This document shows positions 50,503 to 62,605 of a DNA stretch of 64,000 nt, one piece after another. Position numbers and translations under genes: made by a program. Source of the stretch: an uncultured Candidatus Saccharibacteria bacterium (GTDB lineage: Bacteria > Patescibacteriota > Doudnabacteria > UBA920 > O2-02-FULL-48-8). Each line of letters opens with the position of its first letter. Positions within the stretch are counted from its first letter, which is position 1. Where the stretch lies: assembly GCA_964605735.1 (NCBI GenBank), contig CAZSDS010000001.1, positions 198,771 to 262,770 of the forward strand, in the 5' to 3' direction. The notes below the pieces were generated by a model, which was not told the origin of the DNA, made no database searches, and saw only the letters and a program-made list of their open reading frames with translations.

Positions 50503-51693
50503 TCAACGCGAGGCGGTTTTTTTATTGATGATTTCTTTAACAATCTCTTTTTCATTCCAAGGCAGCTCCTGATTAGCCAATGCCAAAGTTGGTTCATGTC
50601 CTTTCCCAGTAAGCACCAGGAAATCTCCTGCCTTTGCATTATTTATTGCAAACTCAATTGCCTTTCGCCTGTCTTCAATCAAGAATAAATTCTCGCCTGA
50701 TGTGTATTTTTGTGCTACACCTTTCCTGATCTGGTCAATGATTTTTGCAACTAACTCATCTCTAGGGTCGTCTGCAGTAATAATTATGACATCTGCATAT
50801 TTGCTGGAAGCTGCACCCATTAAAGGCCTTTTTGATTCATCACGTTTTCCCGGCGCACCAAACAGGTGAACCAATCTTGCCGGGTTTGTGGCTTTTGCTT
50901 CCCTGAGCAGATTTTCAATTGAATTTGGAGTATGCGCAAAATCGACCATAACCTTAAAGTCACCGTCGTATACGATGTTTTGCCGTCCGTCAGGGGCTTC
51001 AAAGGTTGTAATTGCGGATTTAATCACATCATCCGGCAAACCCAGCTCCCTGCAGACCCCTGCAGCCGCAAGAATATTGTAATCGTTAAAACTCCCAAAC
51101 AGCTTTGACGCAAATCTGAATTTTTCCAAATTTAGATCCGCTTTGCCCTTTCTGGAATAGGTCAGGACCTTATTCTTTAAAATTTCTGCATTTTTAGCAA
51201 TATTTGGATCATCAATATTTATGACAGCACAATCAGCCGACTGCAAAAACTTAAACTTTGCGGAAATATAGGCGTCAAAAGTTGGGTGATAATCAAGATG
51301 TTCGTGCGTAATATTCGTGATGGCTGCCACTTTATAATCAATGCCCCAGATTCTGTTTTGATCAATGCCGTGGGATGACGTTTCAATAACAGCAAAGTCA
51401 TAACCCTCTTTCACTGCCTGACGCAAAAGCCTCTGGATTGCAAATGCAGTAGGGGTGGTTACGTGAAATCCAGTATCAATTTTCTTGCCGTCGAAATATG
51501 CTCCCACTGTTGTAATCATGACGGCTTTTTTTCCGGAAGATTTCAAAATGTGGTAAATGAGACTGCACGTTGTGGTTTTGCCGTCAGTGCCGGTCACTCC
51601 AACAACAGTAATTCTCTTTCCCGGGAACCGGTACAGGATATTAGCGAGAATGGACAAGCCGAGATGGGCGATGTTTTTTAGTTTCCTAAGCAT
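50503..51693 (-). CDS. murE: UDP-N-acetylmuramyl-tripeptide synthetase
   Basis: GVTGTDGKTTT, ETSSHG, TNITHEHLDYH, DFAHTP, DDPR and GKGHE motifs. Confidence 0.92.
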   Translation of the reverse strand: MLRKLKNIAHLGLSILANILYRFPGKRITVVGVTGTDGKTTTCSLIYHILKSSGKKAVMITTVGAYFDGKKIDTGFHVTTPTAFAIQRLLRQAVKEGYDFAVIETSSHGIDQNRIWGIDYKVAAITNITHEHLDYHPTFDAYISAKFKFLQSADCAVINIDDPNIAKNAEILKNKVLTYSRKGKADLNLEKFRFASKLFGSFNDYNILAAAGVCRELGLPDDVIKSAITTFEAPDGRQNIVYDGDFKVMVDFAHTPNSIENLLREAKATNPARLVHLFGAPGKRDESKRPLMGAASSKYADVIIITADDPRDELVAKIIDQIRKGVAQKYTSGENLFLIEDRRKAIEFAINNAKAGDFLVLTGKGHEPTLALANQELPWNEKEIVKEIINKKTASR

Positions 51694-51788
51694 AAGCAAA
51701 TTATAGCATTTTCATCTGGTTAACAAGATCACACCTCCCAAAAATGAACAGAGGCCTGCCCATCAGCAACTGCTGACATTCAGACCTC

Positions 51789-51867
51789 TGGCGCTCGCGA
51801 AGGGATTTGAACCCTCGATCTTCTCCGTGACAGGGAGACGTGTTAGACCGGGCTACACCACGCGAGC
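51789..51867 (-). tRNA. tRNA-Asp(GTC)
   Basis: Cloverleaf with anticodon arm TCTCC-CTGTCAC-GGAGA and encoded CCA. Confidence 0.95.
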
Positions 51868-51883
51868 ACGATATTGATTCCCT

Positions 51884-51960
51884 TGGTGGCTGGGGTGAGA
51901 ATCGAACTCACGACCTCGGGCTTATGAGTCCCACGCTCTAACCAACTGAGCTACCCAGCC
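51884..51960 (-). tRNA. tRNA with CAT anticodon (elongator Met, or Ile2)
   Basis: Cloverleaf with G1-C72 pair, CTCATAA loop and encoded CCA. Confidence 0.9.
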
Positions 51961-51965
51961 TTTCC

Positions 51966-52040
51966 TGGTTGCGGGGGCGGGACTTGAACCCGCAGTCTTC
52001 AGGTTATGAGCCTGACGAGATACCATTTCTCTACCCCGCG
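51966..52040 (-). tRNA. Initiator tRNA-fMet(CAT)
   Basis: CGCGGGG start with C1:A72 mismatch, CTCATAA loop, ...CCCCGCAACCA end. Confidence 0.93.
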
Positions 52041-52186
52041 TCGGTTGTTGTGGTGACAATCTAACATAAAAAGCAGGCATCGGATCTTATGTCACCTCGA
52101 AACGTTAATCCTGCAAGCCAATAGATTATAACACTTTTTTGGAAATAATCAAGTCCTGGGACCCCTTATCGGCCTTAAGGGAAAAT

Positions 52187-52214
52187 AAAACAACCGGCCT
52201 AAGCCGGATGTTTT
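52187..52214. terminator. Terminator after the small basic peptide gene
   Basis: AAAACAACCGGC-ctaa-GCCGGATGTTTT. Confidence 0.65.
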
Positions 52215-52229
52215 ATCAGAGTGCGAAGC

Positions 52230-52298
52230 TTATCGCTTCTTCTTCTTTGAGCCGCCCTTGCGCTTTGCTTTCTTAGCGGCCTTCTTCTTCTTTGCCAT
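52230..52298 (-). CDS. 22-aa Lys-rich peptide MAKKKKAAKKAKRKGGSKKKKR
   Basis: Hand-translated ATG..TAA; nearly all Lys codons are AAG; terminator downstream. Confidence 0.65.
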   Translation of the reverse strand: MAKKKKAAKKAKRKGGSKKKKR

Positions 52299-52454
52299 TT
52301 TGGTAGAAGACTTTCTTTGCGCTTGCCGTGAAATTTATTTTCACCGCAAGACTTAATTGTGTTTTATTTTTTTTCTTTCACCACGATAGTTTTTGTATCG
52401 GGAGAAATGCAAATGTAATGAACAAATTAATCGTAAGGTAAATTGCCCGCGTTG

Positions 52455-53837
52455 TCAAGTACTTTTCTCAAAATTTTTCAAAAACTTTTTTGCATCGGAA
52501 ATATTTTTTATTTCGCCAAGAATAATTTTATTTTCAAGTTGGTTTTTTATTGTCCCTATAACTCTTCCTGCTGGAAGTTTTGTTTGCTTCATGATGAAGT
52601 CACCATCAGTTATATTTTTAAACAACTTTTTCTTAGAATGAATATTCTTAAGCAATTTCAAGCCTTCTTCATACGAACTAATATTCGCCGGTTGCACATT
52701 TCCATCCATTTGAATCAACTTCCCAAGCTGGTCGGCGCGCCATAATTCAATCAACTCCGGGAAATATTTATGCTTGGCAAGCTGAACTTTTTTCTCTTCA
52801 GACATGTTCTTTCCAAAAGGTATCCTAGCCATGTGCATCTTAGTTATCCACAAGACTAAATCTCTTTCTTTGCGCCCAAATTTTAACCGTTGAGCAAATT
52901 TTTCAAACAGATCCGCTGAGGCAAATTCATGGTTTGGAAATGAATTAACCACCTCCCCGTTTTTTCTTTTGGGCCTTGCGGTAACTGCTTTGCCAGTGTC
53001 ATGAAACAAAGCGGCGTAAGCAAGTGGGGTGCTTCCAGGCTTTATGTTTTTTAACACCATAACAGCGTGCTCAAAAACACTGCCTTCCAAATGGTAAGTT
53101 TTTGATTTATGGAAAACATTTTTTAAGACAGCAACTTCCGGCATGATAAATTTCAACAGCCCAATATCCAGGAGAAGCCGCACGCCATACTCCCGGTTCT
53201 CAGAAAGCAATATTTTGTCCAACTCTGCTTTTATCCTTTCACCCGAAATTTGTTGTATATACTTTGCGCGTGTTTTTATTGCCGCAAAACTGTTTTTTTC
53301 GATTTTGAACTGCAGTTGGGTCGAAAACCTAACCGCCCTCAACATACGCAAAGCGTCCTCGTCAATCCTTTCCTTTGGGTTGCCTACAAACCTGACAATC
53401 TTTCTTTCAATGTCATTTTTTCCTTGATGCGGGTCAAGCGTGACCCTTTCAACCGGATCATAGTATATTGCATTGATGGTAAAATCCCTCCGTTTGGAAT
53501 CAGTCAGATAATCATCAATGAAGGAAACGCTTTCCGGTTTGCGCCGGTTTAGATATTTACCTTCTTGCCGAAATGTAGTTATTTCAATTGGACCGTGCTT
53601 GGTAGCAGCCAGAACAGTACCGAATTTCTCACCTCCGGACTTGGCATAATATTTTGCCTTCCTGAGAATTTTAATCACTGTTAATGGTTTGGCAGAGGTG
53701 GCGATATCCAGATTGTCTGAAGTCTTCCCCAAAACCATGTCGCGGACTGTTCCGCCAACCCAAAAGGCCTCAAACCCCTGACTCTGAATGAGCTTTACGA
53801 TTTTAAGGCCTTCTTTTTGTAATGGAGTAAGTTCCAC
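52455..53837 (-). CDS. CCA tRNA nucleotidyltransferase with an HD-like domain
   Basis: VGG.VRD, .LDIAT, EITTFR, RRDFTINA, EDALRMLRAVRF, ERI..E and HDTGK motifs. Confidence 0.9.
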   Translation of the reverse strand: MELTPLQKEGLKIVKLIQSQGFEAFWVGGTVRDMVLGKTSDNLDIATSAKPLTVIKILRKAKYYAKSGGEKFGTVLAATKHGPIEITTFRQEGKYLNRRKPESVSFIDDYLTDSKRRDFTINAIYYDPVERVTLDPHQGKNDIERKIVRFVGNPKERIDEDALRMLRAVRFSTQLQFKIEKNSFAAIKTRAKYIQQISGERIKAELDKILLSENREYGVRLLLDIGLLKFIMPEVAVLKNVFHKSKTYHLEGSVFEHAVMVLKNIKPGSTPLAYAALFHDTGKAVTARPKRKNGEVVNSFPNHEFASADLFEKFAQRLKFGRKERDLVLWITKMHMARIPFGKNMSEEKKVQLAKHKYFPELIELWRADQLGKLIQMDGNVQPANISSYEEGLKLLKNIHSKKKLFKNITDGDFIMKQTKLPAGRVIGTIKNQLENKIILGEIKNISDAKKFLKNFEKST

Positions 53838-53846
53838 TTTGTGCAG

Positions 53847-54251
53847 TTAGATTAACTGTTTGTAATATGGGTCGGTAATGCTTGGAATATATACCTCTAT
53901 CATCGCATCTTTGTAACGGGCGCGAAGAATGGAAACAACGTGCCGCAAAAACATTTCAAATTGCTCTGTTAAATCCTTATCTTTCTGGAAAAGTTTGAGG
54001 TTTTTCACGCCGCTTAAATCTTTGTCGCTGAAAACGAGGATTTTTGCAGTTGGGCTTTTCTCAAAGACTTCATCAATCCTCTCAAATACTGCCTCCCGTG
54101 CCGGTCCTTCGTTAAAAAGAGTATAGATTATTTCGGGTACAGTCTCTATTTCATAAGAATAAAGACTCAGGTGATCCTCCAGAAATGTGCCGAGTTTATC
54201 CTCTGTTCCAAAAGGCACGCAGAGCAGCGCGATTGCTTGAGAGTGTTTCAT
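53847..54251 (-). CDS. Hypothetical protein, possible degenerate paralogue of the neighbouring CA-like gene
   Basis: Similar length and layout to 54261-54695 but lacks the CxD and HxxC ligands. Confidence 0.6.
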   Translation of the reverse strand: MKHSQAIALLCVPFGTEDKLGTFLEDHLSLYSYEIETVPEIIYTLFNEGPAREAVFERIDEVFEKSPTAKILVFSDKDLSGVKNLKLFQKDKDLTEQFEMFLRHVVSILRARYKDAMIEVYIPSITDPYYKQLI

Positions 54252-54260
54252 GACCTTCTG

Positions 54261-54695
54261 TTAGACAATTTTTTTAAATGTAACCTGTTCTTCTGGGCTG
54301 ATTAAAGCTATATATGCTTCAATTTGCTTGCTTGGGAAAGTATCCTGGATTATTTGCACAGCATTCTTTAGCTGGGACTCGTGGTTTTTCAACTCCATTT
54401 CAAGGCTTTCAAACGATTTGGTCCCGCCATAAGCGCCGCAGTCTTGATGGTTTATCAGGATTAATCTGTTTACGCTGTGGAGGTCAAAAGCAATTTTGTA
54501 ATTTGCAAACAGCCATTCGCGGATGGGGCCACCTTCAACTATCATTTTCACCCCACCTCCGTCAGTTTTCAAATCTACGGCATCCAATTTAAGCTCTTCC
54601 GTAATAAAATTATTCAAAGCCTTCCTGAACCGAAAATCAATACATGTTTGGACCAAAGCTTGTGCGTTATGTGGCATATATTCAATTTTAATCAA
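54261..54695 (-). CDS. Beta-carbonic-anhydrase-like protein
   Basis: CIDFRF, GG and HQDCGAYGG zinc-ligand motifs. Confidence 0.8.
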   Translation of the reverse strand: MIKIEYMPHNAQALVQTCIDFRFRKALNNFITEELKLDAVDLKTDGGGVKMIVEGGPIREWLFANYKIAFDLHSVNRLILINHQDCGAYGGTKSFESLEMELKNHESQLKNAVQIIQDTFPSKQIEAYIALISPEEQVTFKKIV

Positions 54696-54781
54696 TTACT
54701 AGAAAATTTTAGCGCAACTGAAGCAATTTGGCAATAAAAAAAGGAACTGCAGAGCAGTTCCTTACAATCCGGGCAACCGTA

Positions 54782-55372
54782 CTAATTGGCGCTGGTTGTA
54801 GACTCCTGAACGGAGGTCCTTGAAGAGTTCTGGTGGTACTGAATCCAGCGTTGACGGGCAATAAAGTAGGTTTTCTTCTTGCCGTCGCCGTAGTCGATGT
54901 GGCAGAAGACAGCCACGCGAACTCCGGGGATGTTGGCTTTGATGTGCGACTTGGCTGTGAAGGCAATCCGGACAATGTCTTCGAACGAAAGATTGCCCGC
55001 CTCCCGAGCCATTGCGCATGGCGCATGAATATACAGCGCGACCGTTGAGATTCCCTTGTGGTCGAACAGATACTTCATGTCGAACATCAGGTATTCACCG
55101 TAGTACGGAGTCGCGTAGTTCGCGGGCGAGAGCATCGGGATCCTGAGAGCTCCTCCGAGCGGTGACATCGGAGTTACTCGTTTCTGACAGCCAGAATTCA
55201 AGATGTCAGCGACCTTGTAGTCATACATCTCGGGGAACTGGTCAGGGTCTCCGCAGGAAACAATGATCAGCCCGGTCTTAGGGTCAAGCTTGTGCCCATC
55301 GATGTTATCGAGGACTCTCGCCGCCTTGTAGCTCGCAATCAACTCGAGGTCACGGTCGGTAAGTGCACCCAA
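54782..55372 (-). CDS. Divergent beta-carbonic-anhydrase-like protein
   Basis: IIVSCGD, GGAL and LYIHAPC motifs; AGGAGG SD before TTG 55372; TTGACT-17-TAGAAT promoter at 55510-55482. Confidence 0.65.
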   Translation of the reverse strand: MGALTDRDLELIASYKAARVLDNIDGHKLDPKTGLIIVSCGDPDQFPEMYDYKVADILNSGCQKRVTPMSPLGGALRIPMLSPANYATPYYGEYLMFDMKYLFDHKGISTVALYIHAPCAMAREAGNLSFEDIVRIAFTAKSHIKANIPGVRVAVFCHIDYGDGKKKTYFIARQRWIQYHQNSSRTSVQESTTSAN

Positions 55373-55532
55373 TTGGTCCTCCTGTTCGACTCTAACAAAA
55401 AAGCAAAACACACCATGTGTTCTGCCTTTTCCTCAAACCACAAAATGATCTGGAGAAAGGGAGGAACTGCTACGACTAGTTATTCTACTCCTTTTTTCGC
55501 TTTTAGTCAACGCTATAGCTGACGTTGGCCGT

Positions 55533-55979
55533 TTATTCCGTAAATACCCCTGATTCGAGGTTTGTATGTGTTCGGGTACGGTGCTTGCGCGCAACTTTAA
55601 GCCGGGCCAAGTGCTTTTCCAGAGAAGCCACAGCTTCAGCGGAAACTTTATCATCGGAATAGTTTTCCTGCATCATTTTCTGCGCCAGCTCTCTGGCCTT
55701 CTCAGCACGATCAGGATCTATCTCATGGCCGAATTCAGCTGTGTCAGCGAGCACTATGACTTCATTACCTTCGCGAACCTCCACAAAACCGCCTGACACA
55801 GCAAAAAAATTGTCATTGCCATTTTCAACAAATCTAAGTTCCCCAGCCTTTAGGTTGGAAACCAAAGGTATATGATTTTTGAGAACAGTGATTTCGCCGG
55901 TCTGAGTAGGCAGAGTAATTGACTCTACATCCTTTTCCAACAAAATTCGTTCTGGCGTGACAATTTTAAATCTAATCAT
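55533..55979 (-). CDS. atpC: ATP synthase epsilon subunit
   Basis: IVTPER, GEITVL..H.P and VSGGFVEV motifs. Confidence 0.96.
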   Translation of the reverse strand: MIRFKIVTPERILLEKDVESITLPTQTGEITVLKNHIPLVSNLKAGELRFVENGNDNFFAVSGGFVEVREGNEVIVLADTAEFGHEIDPDRAEKARELAQKMMQENYSDDKVSAEAVASLEKHLARLKVARKHRTRTHTNLESGVFTE

Positions 55980-55994
55980 TATCTTGCATTAAAA

Positions 55995-58245
<2,251 letters not shown>

Positions 58246-58246
58246 T

Positions 58247-59740
58247 TTACGAGTATGATTGCTTGAATTCTGTTATCGCCTTTTTCAAATCCTCTTCAAT
58301 TTCTGAAAAATCTTTGATGGTTGGGGTTTTCTCAACAAGTGCTTTGTATTGGATATCCAGGAATTTAGTGAACTTGCTTTCCCAGTCGCGGACCTTCTCA
58401 ACTTCAACATCGTCAAGGTAACCGTTTGTCGCGGCGTAAAGCACTGCCACCTGATGCCCAACAGGCACAGGCGCAAACTGGTCTTGCTTTAAAACTTCAG
58501 TAAGTCTGCGCCCCAACTCAATTTTGGCGCGTGTCTGCGGATCCAAATCAGAGGCGAACTGCGCAAAAGCTGCCAGCGCGCGGAATTGCGCAAGATCCAG
58601 TCGCAATTTTCCGGCAACTTTTTTAACTGCCTTTGTCTGAGCTGCTGACCCAACGCGGGACACCGACAAACCAACGTTCAACGCAGGCCTTATGCCTTGA
58701 TAGAACAAGTCGGTTTCCAAATAAATTTGACCATCTGTAATGGAAATAACGTTAGTTGGAATATACGCCGAGACATCACCGGCTTGGGTTTCAATAATCG
58801 GCAATGCAGTCAGAGAACCTGCACCTTTTTCGTCATTTAACTTTGCTGCGCGCTCAAGCAGGCGAGAATGCAGATAGAAAACATCGCCTGGGTAGGCTTC
58901 GCGACCCGGCGGACGGCGCAGGAGCAAAGAAATTTCGCGGTACGCAACAGCGTGCCTGGAAAGGTCATCGTAAACAATCAAAGCGTGCTTGCCGCTGTCC
59001 ATAAAATACTCACCCATGGCACAACCGGCAAACGGCGCAATGTAAGACAAAGCAGCAGGATCAGACGCCCCAGCAACCACAATAATTGTGTGCTTTAAAG
59101 CATCATGTTTTTCCAATTCCCCCATTATTCGGGCAATTTTAGATTCCTTCTGGCCAATCGCGACATAAATACAAATAACATCTTTGCCTTTTTGGTTGAT
59201 GATTGTATCGATTGCAACCGCAGTTTTACCGGTCTGGCGGTCACCAATGATCAATTCGCGCTGACCCTTACCAATGGGAATCATGGAATCGATAGCCTTG
59301 ATTCCGGTTTGCAGCGGCTCATGCACTGATTTTCTTTCCATAACACCCGGAGCAATTTTTTCAACCGGATTAGTTTTGTCTGTCTTGATAGGACCCTTGT
59401 TATCAAGCGGCTGACCAAGCGGATTCACAACACGGCCTATCAATTCTTCACCTACCGGCACTGATAAAACGTTTCCAGTTCCTTTTACGTGGTCACCTTC
59501 CTTGATGTGCGCATATTCACCAAGAAGAATCGCACCAATGGAATCCTCTTCCAAGTTTAAAGCCACTCCCAGGGTTCCGCCTGGGAATAGAAGCATTTCT
59601 GAGGCTTTAACATTCGAAAGACCACTGATCTTGGCAATGCCGTCACCTACCTGAATCACTGTACCAACTGTTTCAGCCTTGGCCTCAGTTTTAAACTTTT
59701 CGATTCTGTCGCGCAGCTGCGCTATTACATTTTGGCTCAT
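58247..59740 (-). CDS. atpA: ATP synthase alpha subunit
   Basis: GDRQTGKT and [22 protein letters not shown] motifs. Confidence 0.98.
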   Translation of the reverse strand: MSQNVIAQLRDRIEKFKTEAKAETVGTVIQVGDGIAKISGLSNVKASEMLLFPGGTLGVALNLEEDSIGAILLGEYAHIKEGDHVKGTGNVLSVPVGEELIGRVVNPLGQPLDNKGPIKTDKTNPVEKIAPGVMERKSVHEPLQTGIKAIDSMIPIGKGQRELIIGDRQTGKTAVAIDTIINQKGKDVICIYVAIGQKESKIARIMGELEKHDALKHTIIVVAGASDPAALSYIAPFAGCAMGEYFMDSGKHALIVYDDLSRHAVAYREISLLLRRPPGREAYPGDVFYLHSRLLERAAKLNDEKGAGSLTALPIIETQAGDVSAYIPTNVISITDGQIYLETDLFYQGIRPALNVGLSVSRVGSAAQTKAVKKVAGKLRLDLAQFRALAAFAQFASDLDPQTRAKIELGRRLTEVLKQDQFAPVPVGHQVAVLYAATNGYLDDVEVEKVRDWESKFTKFLDIQYKALVEKTPTIKDFSEIEEDLKKAITEFKQSYS

Positions 59741-59741
59741 A

Positions 59742-60140
59742 TTAGTCTGCTAACTTTCCTTTTAAGTCTTCAAGCGATTTCTTAACCGAGGCGTCGATCA
59801 GAGTGTCGTCCATCTTTATGATGACACCGCCCAGTATTTTTTCATCAACCTTTTTCTTAAGTTCCACTTCCGCGTTTACCATCTTGTTCAAGTGTTCAAC
59901 AATTTCCTTTTCTGAACGCTTGTCCAAAGGTTTTGCTGATGTAACCTCAGCAATCTTTATCCCTTTCTCGCCTTTTTCAATTTTTTCGAATTCAAGGGAA
60001 ATTTCCTCGAACATCCCGGTGTCATTGTTCAGTGCCAAGGCTTGGACAAAATTACCGAGGACTTTGTCATGATCTTCTGCTCTTGTGTCCTGGAGGCTCT
60101 CATATAGAGTTTTGGCGTATTGGTGTGCAGTTAGCTTCAT
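59742..60140 (-). CDS. atpH: ATP synthase delta subunit (short form)
   Basis: YAK.LY, VTSA.PL and ILGG......D..ID.S motifs. Confidence 0.92.
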   Translation of the reverse strand: MKLTAHQYAKTLYESLQDTRAEDHDKVLGNFVQALALNNDTGMFEEISLEFEKIEKGEKGIKIAEVTSAKPLDKRSEKEIVEHLNKMVNAEVELKKKVDEKILGGVIIKMDDTLIDASVKKSLEDLKGKLAD

Positions 60141-60751
60141 CCCAAGTCCTTTATTGAGCCTGCCACCAGCTCTTTGTCTTTGCTGGAATCAAGCTTACTT
60201 CTAAGGATTTTTTCAGAGGCGGAAACTACCAAATCAGCCACATTTTGCCTGACATCCTTCAGCATTTGGTTTTTTTCATTTTCAATAGCTGTTTTAGCCT
60301 GTTCAATCATTTTGTTTGCCTGATCCTGTGCACTTGTTATTGTTTCCTGCCTTACTTTATCCGCGGTTTCAGATGCAGTTTTCAGGACTTTCTCAGCTTC
60401 AGATCTGACTTTTTGCATCTCCTGCATTTTCCATTCGTCGAATTTCTTCTTTTCATCTTCCATATACGCAGCGTTTTTTAATCCGGACTCGATTTTTTCT
60501 TGTCTAGCTGTTAAAGTGGCGCCAAGCGGCTTAACCACCCACTTCCAGAATATAAATAAAACAATCGCAAAGTTAACCAACTGGGCAAGAAAAAGTTTCC
60601 AGCTAATCCCCAACGTACCTAATGGTCCGGTTGCTGCTTCTTCAGTTGCGTGTGCTGCGTCTTGGGCAACTTCAGCTGCTGTGTGAACGGCTTCGGGTGA
60701 TGCGTTTTGTACAGCCTCAGTGGCTGCCATCAATATTGAGTGAAAATCCAT
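60137..60751 (-). CDS. atpF: ATP synthase b subunit
   Basis: AQLVNF......W...P......R...I..GL followed by a coiled coil; start ATG 60751. Confidence 0.93.
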   Translation of the reverse strand: MDFHSILMAATEAVQNASPEAVHTAAEVAQDAAHATEEAATGPLGTLGISWKLFLAQLVNFAIVLFIFWKWVVKPLGATLTARQEKIESGLKNAAYMEDEKKKFDEWKMQEMQKVRSEAEKVLKTASETADKVRQETITSAQDQANKMIEQAKTAIENEKNQMLKDVRQNVADLVVSASEKILRSKLDSSKDKELVAGSIKDLG

Positions 60752-60826
60752 AATATAAGTTACTTCCTGTGGCCATCCTGAGGACGGTTCGCTTAAACAG
60801 CGTCCACCCCAGAATGGCGACACGAC

Positions 60827-61099
<273 letters not shown>

Positions 61100-61186
61100 T
61101 TAATTCTTGTGGTTTATTATTCGGTCGGCGGAGCGCAAAAGTGAATGTTTAAAAATTTTAAGCACTCAATTTTGGGCTCAACAACT

Positions 61187-62020
61187 TTAATTCCCGGCAA
61201 CAGGATGCTCGTCAGCCTCATGCGCAACACTATGAACCGGCGCAGTGGCCATGGTTAAATAAACCAAGGTCAGCATGGAAAATACTACAGCCTGTATCAT
61301 ACCCACAAGCAGTTCAAGCAACATAAAAGGCAATGGCACAAAGTAGGCAATCAATCCTGCCAGCACCGTCAGGAGCACTTCACCGGCAAAAACATTGCCG
61401 AATAATCGAAGCGATAGCGAAACCATTTTGGCAACTTCAGAAAACAACTCAATTATACCAACACCAAACTCAATACCTGCAACCATAATATGAGTACCGC
61501 CTTTTTTGAATCCGTGAATCAAATCCCCAACTTTGATAAATTTATTCGCGTACTTGAAGAAACCAATTGCAGCAACACCGAATACATGTGAAGCAATCAC
61601 AGCAAAAACAGCCATGGCCAAAGTCATATTTAAGTCAGTGTTTGCGGGACGGAAAATCGGCACCAGTTCTGTGTGTCCGTGCATGACCAACCAACGGCCA
61701 ACAGAACCAATCCCAGGCAACAAGCCCATCCAGTTTGTAATCAAAATAAATAAAAACAGTCCGCCTACTATTGGCAAAAACTGCATTGATTTCTTCCTGT
61801 CCTTTGTAACTTGGTCTACATATCCAAGCATAAATTCAAGAACACCCTCAGCAGCGTTTTGCAGGCCTGTAGGAATCTCTGATGTGCGCTTTCTGAGCAA
61901 TAAACCAATTACTAAAAACAACAAAACAGCCAATGTGGAGTTTATGTACGCATTGGTTATTGGAAAACTCCCGATATGGAAGATTGGTTCAGCTACTAGA
62001 GGTGGTAAAGCTAGGATCAT
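61187..62020 (-). CDS. atpB: ATP synthase a subunit
   Basis: N..GLLPG, SLSLRLFGNVFAGE and IQA.VF..L motifs. Confidence 0.97.
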   Translation of the reverse strand: MILALPPLVAEPIFHIGSFPITNAYINSTLAVLLFLVIGLLLRKRTSEIPTGLQNAAEGVLEFMLGYVDQVTKDRKKSMQFLPIVGGLFLFILITNWMGLLPGIGSVGRWLVMHGHTELVPIFRPANTDLNMTLAMAVFAVIASHVFGVAAIGFFKYANKFIKVGDLIHGFKKGGTHIMVAGIEFGVGIIELFSEVAKMVSLSLRLFGNVFAGEVLLTVLAGLIAYFVPLPFMLLELLVGMIQAVVFSMLTLVYLTMATAPVHSVAHEADEHPVAGN

Positions 62021-62023
62021 TAA

Positions 62024-62272
62024 CTAATTCTTTGAGTCTCTTATATATTGTTTAAATTTCTTGGTTAACCATACTGTGGTTAAGACGATAGCCAGAATAA
62101 TTCCTCCAAGAGTCAGGAACGGTTCTGTTGAATATTTCCCGTCCAAATATTTGCCCAAAAGCCCTAAAACCACCAACGGAACGGCAATAATATAGCCCAT
62201 ATCCAAAGCCAGGTTGACCATATGCCATTTGCTGAACTTTGTTTGATTCTGTTTCTCGTTAGGGTTATTCAT
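62024..62272 (-). CDS. AtpZ/AtpI family protein
   Basis: Two TMs with G.YLD....T.P; first gene of the atp operon. Confidence 0.85.
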   Translation of the reverse strand: MNNPNEKQNQTKFSKWHMVNLALDMGYIIAVPLVVLGLLGKYLDGKYSTEPFLTLGGIILAIVLTTVWLTKKFKQYIRDSKN

Positions 62273-62355
62273 TTTGGCGCAGAAAGTGTAACAAAAAAAC
62301 GTCGAATCGGCAAGACTGGCGTTTTTTGGCAGTATTGACTTTTCGTTATGCTAAC

Positions 62356-62376
62356 TGGAGCCAGAGGTGGGAATCG
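62356..62376 (-). repeat. 21-bp direct repeat of the tRNA-Thr 3' end
   Basis: TGGAGCCAGAGGTGGGAATCG is identical to 62497-62517. Confidence 0.9.
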
Positions 62377-62496
62377 GTTCGTCGCCTCAAGCTCCTCACC
62401 CTGGGCAGCGCCGAAACGTGCACTGCACGTTCCGTCGACGCTCGCTGCGCATTGCTATGATAGCTCGCTTCTGCCCGTTCGATTCCAGCTATTTTT

Positions 62497-62572
62497 TGGA
62501 GCCAGAGGTGGGAATCGAACCCACGACCTCTGCTTTACGAAAGCATTGCTCTACCAACTGAGCTACTCTGGC
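62497..62572 (-). tRNA. tRNA-Thr(CGT)
   Basis: GCCAGAG acceptor stem, TTCGTAA anticodon loop, GTTCGA T-loop and encoded CCA. Confidence 0.93.
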
Positions 62573-62605
62573 CCGAAAGCCTGGTTATTATAACAGAAAA
62601 ACAGC

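Noticed and set aside
51714-51790. GGGAGGTG SD-like sequence after the tRNA-Asp hairpin
   Set aside because: Followed only by a 4-codon ORF; the hairpin is adequately explained as the tRNA operon terminator.
62356-62517. Intact integrative element or split/intron-containing tRNA at tRNA-Thr
   Set aside because: Only 120 bp lie between the repeats with no integrase, and the tRNA at 62497-62572 is complete by itself.
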